Source of the DNA: Candidatus Iainarchaeum sp.
GTDB taxonomy: Archaea > Iainarchaeota > Iainarchaeia > Iainarchaeales > GCA-2688035
NCBI GenBank assembly: GCA_028713935.1
Contig: JAQTNI010000041.1
Location: 1-10,468, forward strand
DNA length: 10,468 bases
Reading direction: 5' to 3'
Shown here: one piece after another, positions 5,669-10,468 of the stretch
How positions within the stretch are numbered: position 1 is the first letter of the stretch
How the letters are laid out: each line of letters opens with the position of its first letter
Translations under genes and position numbers: made by a program
The notes under the pieces: model-generated
Databases searched by the model: none
What the model was told of the DNA's origin: nothing
The model's input: the letters and a program-made list of their open reading frames with translations, nothing else

Positions 5669-5669
5669 T

Positions 5670-5852
5670 ATGAACGGAATGAAACTCCAAAAACAGTCAA
5701 CCAGAAAAGTAGGCACCAAAGAATATGTAAAATGGGTTACCACAATTTCCCCAAAACTAATTCAAGACCTTGATTGGAAAGAAGGCGACCAACTTGAACC
5801 ATCGACAAGAGGAAAAAAACTTATAATTCAAAAGAAAGGGGAAAAGAAATGA
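5670..5852 (+). CDS. AbrB/SpoVT/MazE-type (swapped-hairpin) small DNA-binding protein
   Basis: 60-aa ORF. VTTISPKLIQDLDWKEGDQLEPSTRGKKLIIQKK fits the AbrB-family pattern (v.IPk.i.e.Lgl.eGD.le....g..l.i.k). Confidence 0.6.
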   Translation: MNGMKLQKQSTRKVGTKEYVKWVTTISPKLIQDLDWKEGDQLEPSTRGKKLIIQKKGEKK

Positions 5853-5906
5853 CTTTTACCGGCATCGCACCGCCACCAAAAAGTTTTAGAATAAAAAATT
5901 GACGAG

Positions 5907-6881
5907 ATGAAGGAACCGTATATGACCATAGCATATGATTGTGTAAAATGCGGAAATGCGACCGATGCAAAGCAAGGTACAAAAAGATTGGCTATCCAGT
6001 TCTGCCGAGATTGTTTTGGAAAAAGGAAAGATTTACGACAAAATAGATTAAACAATTTGAATGGGAAAGAGTGGGCTGGATTTAGCAAGAGTGTTGAAGA
6101 TTACCCTGGAAATCGAACAGAAAAACAACGCGAACATGGCGCTTGTTATCCGCTTTCGCTTGCCAAACAGCAAATCAGTATTTACACAAAAAAAGGGCAC
6201 ACTGTTTTTGACCCTTTTTTGGGGGTCGGAACAACAGCAGAAGCCGCCGAAATGTTGGGAAGAAAATCCATTGGAATCGAGCTAAACAAAAAATTTGTTG
6301 AACTCGCAAAAAAAGACATAAAAAATAAAGAAAACCATACAATCATACAGGGCGACGCAAGAAACCTTTTGAAGCACATAGCCCCCAATAGCATTGATTT
6401 TCAATTAACGAGTCCACCATATGGCAATCTACTTAAAACAGTGAAAGGAGAGTTTGCGTTCAAATGGAAAGAACATTCAAAAATGAACACTGTAAAAAAT
6501 CCGATTCCCTACTCGTCCGATATAAAGGATTTAGGAAACTTACCATATGCAGAATTCATATCAAGCATTGAGAATATTTTCAAGGACAGCCTTAAAGTAC
6601 TTAAAGATGGTGCATATGCAGTATGGGTTGTAAAAGATTACCGAGACTTGGAAGAAAAAAAACCGCTCGTAAACTTTCATTCTGATATTATTCGCGCTGC
6701 CGAAAACGCGGGTTTAACCCTTTGGGACATTAAGATTTACGACCAGACAAAATTTCGCCCACTTGTTGTATTAGGCTATCCATCAAACAACTATTATCTA
6801 AACATTGGTCACTCTTATATTTTGGTTTTCAGAAAATATTTGAGTGGACGATATGCAAGAGAAACTGGTCAAAGAGTATGA
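5907..6881 (+). CDS. DNA methyltransferase 1 (N4/N6 family, SPPY type) with N-terminal zinc ribbon; AdoMet motif precedes the catalytic motif
   Basis: CVKCG...(17 aa)...CRDCF zinc ribbon. GACYPLSLAKQQISIYTKKGHTVFDPFLGVGTTAEAAEMLGRKSIGIELN matches the AdoMet-binding module of N4/N6 methylases. About 60 aa later comes IDFQLTSPPYGNL (motif IV). Then LKVLKDGAYAVWVVKD. Confidence 0.8.
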   Translation: MKEPYMTIAYDCVKCGNATDAKQGTKRLAIQFCRDCFGKRKDLRQNRLNNLNGKEWAGFSKSVEDYPGNRTEKQREHGACYPLSLAKQQISIYTKKGHTVFDPFLGVGTTAEAAEMLGRKSIGIELNKKFVELAKKDIKNKENHTIIQGDARNLLKHIAPNSIDFQLTSPPYGNLLKTVKGEFAFKWKEHSKMNTVKNPIPYSSDIKDLGNLPYAEFISSIENIFKDSLKVLKDGAYAVWVVKDYRDLEEKKPLVNFHSDIIRAAENAGLTLWDIKIYDQTKFRPLVVLGYPSNNYYLNIGHSYILVFRKYLSGRYARETGQRV

Positions 6882-7344
6882 AAAAAGCGCGAAAAACATC
6901 GCACTTGACCTTGATAACTACACTAATAACAACTATTTAACCCACAATTTTCACCCCTACCCCGCAAAGTACATACCGCAGATACCGAAGGAAATTCTTC
7001 TCCGATTATCAAAAAAAGACGATTGGATACTTGACCCATTTTGCGGCTCTGGAACGACTTTGGTAGAAGCCAAACTCTGTGGCAGGAATTCCATTGGCAG
7101 CGATATTAACCCGCTTTCTTGTATAATTACAAAAGTAAAGACAACAAAATTATCTGAAAATCAAATAAAAGAAATTCGGGAAATCTTAAATCAAGCGAGA
7201 GCAGACTTTATTAGCAAGAAAAAATACCCCGTTCCAGAATACTTAAACATTGATATGTGGTTTGACCGAGAAATAAAAGAGCAACTTGCCATCCTAAAAT
7301 ACCACATCAGTTTGGTCAAAGAGGATGAAGTCAAAATTTTTTAA
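6853..7344 (+). CDS. DNA methyltransferase 2, N-terminal fragment/subunit (AdoMet-binding motif I)
   Basis: HNFHPYPAKYIPQIPKEILLRLSKKDDWILDPFCGSGTTLVEAKLCGRNSIGSDINP. The ORF-track start is GTG 6844; the ATG is at 6853. The ORF ends at TAA 7342-7344, immediately after an A4T6 tract. Confidence 0.7.
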   Translation: MQEKLVKEYEKSAKNIALDLDNYTNNNYLTHNFHPYPAKYIPQIPKEILLRLSKKDDWILDPFCGSGTTLVEAKLCGRNSIGSDINPLSCIITKVKTTKLSENQIKEIREILNQARADFISKKKYPVPEYLNIDMWFDREIKEQLAILKYHISLVKEDEVKIF

Positions 7345-7991
7345 TGGTTGCTTTTTCTTCCATACTTGTAAAAGTGTCAAATCAAGATAGCGATACCCGT
7401 TACGCTGCAATTAAAAAAAAATTGCCACAAAATGCTGTTTGGTCTTATTTTGACAAGAAAGCAAAAGACATGCTGAAACGGATTGAAAGTTTTAACGCAG
7501 AAGCATCAAATTGTCCATGCGAAGTTTATCTTTCGGATTCTCGCAATCTGGACTTTCTCAAAAAGGAAATTGACCTTGTAATCACATCCCCGCCATATTT
7601 GAATAGCTATGATTATTACCTTTACCACAAACACCGGATGCTGTGGTTGGGACTAGACTACAGGAGTGCACAAGAAAAAGAATTTGGCTCAAGGAACAAG
7701 CATAGTGATAACCATGAAGGTATAGAAAGCTATGTAGATGCAGTAACCGCGAGCGTAAGTCATATTTCAAAAAATCTGAAAAAAAACGCGCATTTCTGTG
7801 TAATCATTGGCGACGCAATATTAAAAGGGGAAATTATAAAAATGAATGCGATCTTTGACGAAATTTTTCTAAAACAAGGATATACAAAAACTCGCGAAAT
7901 TCGTTTTGAGCAAAGAAAGTACACAAGAACATTTACCCCAAATATTAAAACCAAATTCAAGGAGTCATATATTCTAATATATCGGCGTTAA
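7344..7991 (+). CDS. DNA methyltransferase 2, C-terminal fragment/subunit (catalytic SPPY motif IV)
   Basis: Contains IDLVITSPPYLNSYDYY and HFCVIIGD. The ATG overlaps the upstream stop (TAATG). The frame is open only from 7329. Its stop overlaps the convergent nuclease stop (ttaa, 7988-7991). Confidence 0.7.
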   Translation: MVAFSSILVKVSNQDSDTRYAAIKKKLPQNAVWSYFDKKAKDMLKRIESFNAEASNCPCEVYLSDSRNLDFLKKEIDLVITSPPYLNSYDYYLYHKHRMLWLGLDYRSAQEKEFGSRNKHSDNHEGIESYVDAVTASVSHISKNLKKNAHFCVIIGDAILKGEIIKMNAIFDEIFLKQGYTKTREIRFEQRKYTRTFTPNIKTKFKESYILIYRR

Positions 7992-9139
7992 AGCGAAGAA
8001 TATCTTTTATCGCCAAAAGAAGAATATTCCGTTGAACTTTTTGAGATTACTCTAACTATAAACCAAACATCAGGGTTATCCGTCAATTTGAACTCCAAAA
8101 TATCGCCGCTTGAAAGAGAATTTAACATTGTTCGATTTAGAAATGTAAATCGCAATTCTTGATTCTTTCGTGCATGGGTTGGGGCGGGCAAGTAGTGAAT
8201 TGCTCTGACATTATTGAGTCGATTTTTTTCACCTGCTGAATCTAGCATAATAATATTAAAAAAAACGTCTGCTTGTCTGGCGTCACTTTCGGTGGTAACC
8301 CAATCAGAAAACGGTGGAAAATAGGTCAAAAACTGAATAGGTATTACTATTTGGCCTGGGGAACTGGTTTGGCTCACGTCATTTTTAGATAACTTTTTCC
8401 AAAAACCGCGATTGATTGAGGATATTCCAGTAACTTCCAAATTTTGTTCATCTCGTTGGTGTATGATAGTAACGGGCGGCGGGCGAAAGGATTCTGAACC
8501 AAATATTGGTTCCTTTCCAGCAGATTGGGATTCAAATCGGCTCCCGTATCCTGCCCCAGATTCAACTTCCTCATTCCCCAAATAATTTTTTTGAATGAGT
8601 CGATTAAGTAGTTCGGGTGAAAGGCACTTACAACAGGGCGAGGTTGCACTTGAATAAGAGGAAAATATCGATTTGTATTTTGAATACTCCGTTAGTTGTT
8701 CTTGGTTTGTCAAATCAAAATCATACTGGCAGTTTATTTCATAATTTGTGTATAGCCCACCCGCAGTTAGATTACTTGAACCAACGATAACTATAGCCCG
8801 CAAATTATTTTTTTCAAAAAAATATATTTTGGGGTGAAACGTTTGGGTTATGCTCTCGCTATGATACACATAAAGCTCATCACACAATGGGAGTAACATC
8901 TGAAGCCCTTGTTGCGAAGTATTTTTTTGGTCAATCCCAACGATTCCTTTAATGTGCCCGCCCGATTGTCGAAATCGTTGAAGATATGGCTGTAATCGAA
9001 TTACTCCGCTTTTCTTTACATACGCCGCCATGAAATAGAAGGTATCAAAGGAATCTGTTTGTGGGAGGTTCAGAAGTTCTGCGAGTTTTTCCCCTGCCTT
9101 TTTGTTTCGGGGCTGGTCAATAAGTTCAATCCAAGTCAT
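7988..9139 (-). CDS. Restriction endonuclease candidate: N-terminal HKD/PLD-family nuclease fused to a C-terminal B3/EcoRII-N-like DNA-binding domain (BfiI-like)
   Basis: 383-aa ORF. It has a single HKD motif, HPKIYFFEKNNLRAIVIVGSSNLTAGG (HxK...GSxN). The C-terminal GFWKKLSKNDVSQTSSPGQIVIPIQFLTYFP ... SGDILEFK fits the F.K.Ls.nDv......q..IP......fP ... GD...F pattern of B3 / EcoRII N-terminal pseudobarrels. Confidence 0.7.
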   Translation of the reverse strand: MTWIELIDQPRNKKAGEKLAELLNLPQTDSFDTFYFMAAYVKKSGVIRLQPYLQRFRQSGGHIKGIVGIDQKNTSQQGLQMLLPLCDELYVYHSESITQTFHPKIYFFEKNNLRAIVIVGSSNLTAGGLYTNYEINCQYDFDLTNQEQLTEYSKYKSIFSSYSSATSPCCKCLSPELLNRLIQKNYLGNEEVESGAGYGSRFESQSAGKEPIFGSESFRPPPVTIIHQRDEQNLEVTGISSINRGFWKKLSKNDVSQTSSPGQIVIPIQFLTYFPPFSDWVTTESDARQADVFFNIIMLDSAGEKNRLNNVRAIHYLPAPTHARKNQELRFTFLNRTMLNSLSSGDILEFKLTDNPDVWFIVRVISKSSTEYSSFGDKRYSSL

Positions 9140-9159
9140 GTTGTAATTAAAGTGGTAAA

Positions 9160-9174
9160 AACTTTAAAAATATG
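9160..9174 (-). promoter_or_regulatory. TATA-box-like element for the nuclease gene
   Basis: The minus strand reads atatttttaaag, centred ~28 nt upstream of ATG 9139. There is no SD, suggesting a leaderless mRNA. Confidence 0.35.
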
Positions 9175-9417
9175 ACCAAACAACGCTTTTGATGGATTTG
9201 AGGCAGTAGACAAAATAAGTGACAAAAACAGGGTTTAATCGAATATGCACACAGCCGAGTGAATACTTAAACAAAGCCTCATATGAGGCGCTCGCAAGGC
9301 TTTTAAACACTCTTTTTCAAGAACTTATTATTGAATTGAAAAATTCTTTTTTTTGCTTCCGAAAGGTTAAGCAAAAAGCGCCGAAAGGGCGTTGAAAAGT
9401 ATTGAGAGGGATTGTAA

Positions 9418-10011
9418 TTGAAAGCGTTTGATGTTGCACCTGGAAGGCTTGTTGAAGCAACTGCACTGGAACTGGAAAAGCTTGGCACAAAGGCGCCTGA
9501 ATGGGCTTTGTTTGTCAAGACTGGCTCGCACAGGGAAAGAGCGCCTCATAAGAGGGATTGGTGGCAGTTCAGGCTTGCAAGCATTCTTTACAGGATTTTA
9601 CGGGAAGGCCCGATTGGAACCCAGAGATTGAGAACTTATTATGGTGGAAGGAAAAACAGGGGAGTTGCGCCTCCAGTATTCAGGAGATCCGGAGGAAAAA
9701 TTATCCGGGTTTGCCTGCAGGAATTGGAAAAGCTTGGCTTTGTGCAAAAAAACAAGGCAGGCGGAAGAATTATTTCCGCAAAAGGCAATGCGTTTTTGGA
9801 TAAAATGGCAAAAGAAGCGGCAAGAATTGAAGCAGAAGAAACAGCCCATGCTGTTGAGAGAAAAGCAGAAAAGGAAAGGGAAAGGGCGAAAAAAGACGCT
9901 GAAGAAAGAAAAGTAAAGGAAGAGCTCAGAAAAATCGGGGGTGCGCCTGACAAGAAGCATGAAAAAAAGGCTGTGAAAAAGAAAAAGTCCGAAGGCGAAA
10001 CAAATGAATGA
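9418..10011 (+). CDS. rps19e: 30S ribosomal protein S19e with a Lys/Glu-rich C-terminal extension
   Basis: PEWALFVKTGSHRERAP..RDWWQFRLASILYRILREGPIGTQRLRTYYGGRKNRGVAPPVFRRSGGKIIRVCLQELEKLGFV is the S19e signature. The listed start is TTG. About 65 aa of tail follow the conserved domain. Confidence 0.9.
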   Translation: MKAFDVAPGRLVEATALELEKLGTKAPEWALFVKTGSHRERAPHKRDWWQFRLASILYRILREGPIGTQRLRTYYGGRKNRGVAPPVFRRSGGKIIRVCLQELEKLGFVQKNKAGGRIISAKGNAFLDKMAKEAARIEAEETAHAVERKAEKERERAKKDAEERKVKEELRKIGGAPDKKHEKKAVKKKKSEGETNE

Positions 10012-10276
10012 GCGGCCTGAAGAAAGCAATTCCGCAAAACAGGAAAAAATTGAAGCAGAGCTTGAAGAAGGCCTGCGAATGGCTCTTACCCAAGAAGCCA
10101 AAATGCGGCTTGGCAATGTAAAGCTTGTAAATCAGGAACTTTATTACAAGGCTGTCCAGGCAATTCTGTATCTTGTAAAAAGCGGAAGGATAAGCGGAAA
10201 AATTGATGAGGCGCAAATAAAGCAATTGTTGGAAAAATTATCTGTAAAAAGGGAAATTAGCATTAGACGGAGATGA
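10004..10276 (+). CDS. PDCD5/TFAR19-like double-stranded DNA-binding protein
   Basis: 90-aa ORF. LTQEAKMRLGNVKLVNQELYYKAVQAILYLVKSGRISGKIDEAQIKQLLEKL fits the archaeal PDCD5-homolog pattern. It overlaps the S19e stop by 8 nt, which suggests an operon. Confidence 0.75.
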   Translation: MNERPEESNSAKQEKIEAELEEGLRMALTQEAKMRLGNVKLVNQELYYKAVQAILYLVKSGRISGKIDEAQIKQLLEKLSVKREISIRRR

Positions 10277-10280
10277 AAAA

Positions 10281-10364
10281 CAAAGTTTGTTTACCAAAGA
10301 TAAAGGTTCTTTTTCTTTGGGCAACTTGCACTTTCTTTTTCTTTGAAAGAAAAAGAAAGTGCAG
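10281..10364 (+). repeat. A-family repeat, copy A3, not next to a tRNA, with a perfect 17-bp hairpin
   Basis: agtttgtttaccaaagataaagg, ggttctttttctttgggcaac (10305-10325), and hairpin 10328-10362 (gcactttctttttcttt / g / aaagaaaaagaaagtgc), then ag. Confidence 0.75.
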
Positions 10365-10392
10365 AAGGGAAATTAGCATTAGGAGAAGATGA
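10365..10392 (+). repeat. Second copy of a 28-bp direct repeat (first copy 10249-10276, the last 8 codons plus stop of the PDCD5-like gene)
   Basis: aagggaaattagcattagacggagatga versus aagggaaattagcattaggagaagatga. That is 25/28 identical, and both read REISIRRR-stop in frame. Confidence 0.8.
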
Positions 10393-10401
10393 GTTGGTGA
10401 T

Positions 10402-10468
10402 ATGTCGAGCAATAAGGATTCTGAGTTTAAGGAATTTTTGATTAGTTCCAGGAAAAAAATTGGGCCCG
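10402..10468 (+). CDS. 5' end of an unidentified gene (runs off the window)
   Basis: ATG 10402 is preceded by ttGGTGAt (SD-like). The frame stays open to the window end (MSSNKDSEFKEFLISSRKKIGP...). Confidence 0.35.
   Translation, partial: MSSNKDSEFKEFLISSRKKIGP

Noticed and set aside
5218-5852. The AbrB-like protein plus the 118-aa protein as a toxin-antitoxin pair
   Set aside because: The genes are divergently transcribed rather than co-transcribed. The 118-aa protein shows no PIN, MazF or other toxin motif that I can recognise.
724-10225. Antisense and out-of-frame ORFs nested in called genes (e.g. 724-978, 2191-2475, 2518-2763, 3234-3680, 3621-3845, 4452-4658, 4520-4723, 4847-5261, 5828-6088, 6061-6285, 6182-6394, 7582-7770, 7760-7960, 8374-8649, and 9303-10225 on both strands)
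   Set aside because: These are shadow ORFs overlapping genes that have clear family motifs. They are low-complexity or compositionally odd translations with no motifs of their own.
1-10468. Bacterial (candidate phyla radiation) origin, suggested by the sigma-70-like and AbrB-like genes
   Set aside because: S19e, Rpp21/Rpr2, the PDCD5-like protein, the bulge-helix-bulge tRNA intron and TATA-like promoter elements all point to an archaeal host. The bacterial-type genes are better explained as acquisitions.

Overview
AT-rich archaeal (DPANN-like) chromosomal window. The archaeal call rests on ribosomal protein S19e, RNase P protein Rpp21/Rpr2, a PDCD5-like DNA-binding protein, and a tRNA intron with a bulge-helix-bulge splice motif. 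Housekeeping content: tRNA-Val(UAC), an intron-containing tRNA-Gly(GCC), tRNA-Gly(UCC), a HAD phosphatase, a polytopic membrane protein and thymidylate kinase. Between the Rpp21 and S19e genes lies a ~4 kb accessory block. It holds an orphan 118-aa gene, a divergent promoter with four TAGGTACCTA-type palindromes, and an AbrB/SpoVT-type mini-regulator. It also holds two SPPY-type DNA methyltransferases with motif I ahead of motif IV; the second is split at an A4T6 tract with a TAATG overlap. A convergent HKD/PLD nuclease fused to a B3/EcoRII-N-like domain completes it. Together this resembles a BfiI-like type IIS restriction-modification system with an unusual controller. Other oddities: (1) a sigma-70-like protein (regions 2 and 4) directly upstream of the Rpp21 gene. 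(2) Two families of short hairpin repeats with compensatory stem changes; one sits just 5' of two tRNAs, the other forms the tRNA-Gly intron and recurs at that tRNA's 3' end. (3) A repeat insertion flanked by a 28-bp duplication of a gene's last codons that differs only synonymously. (4) A ~210-bp GC-rich island that is either a structured RNA or a small Arg/Ser-rich protein gene. No CRISPR array, rRNA or transposase gene was seen. All protein calls come from reading motifs by eye, not from database searches.
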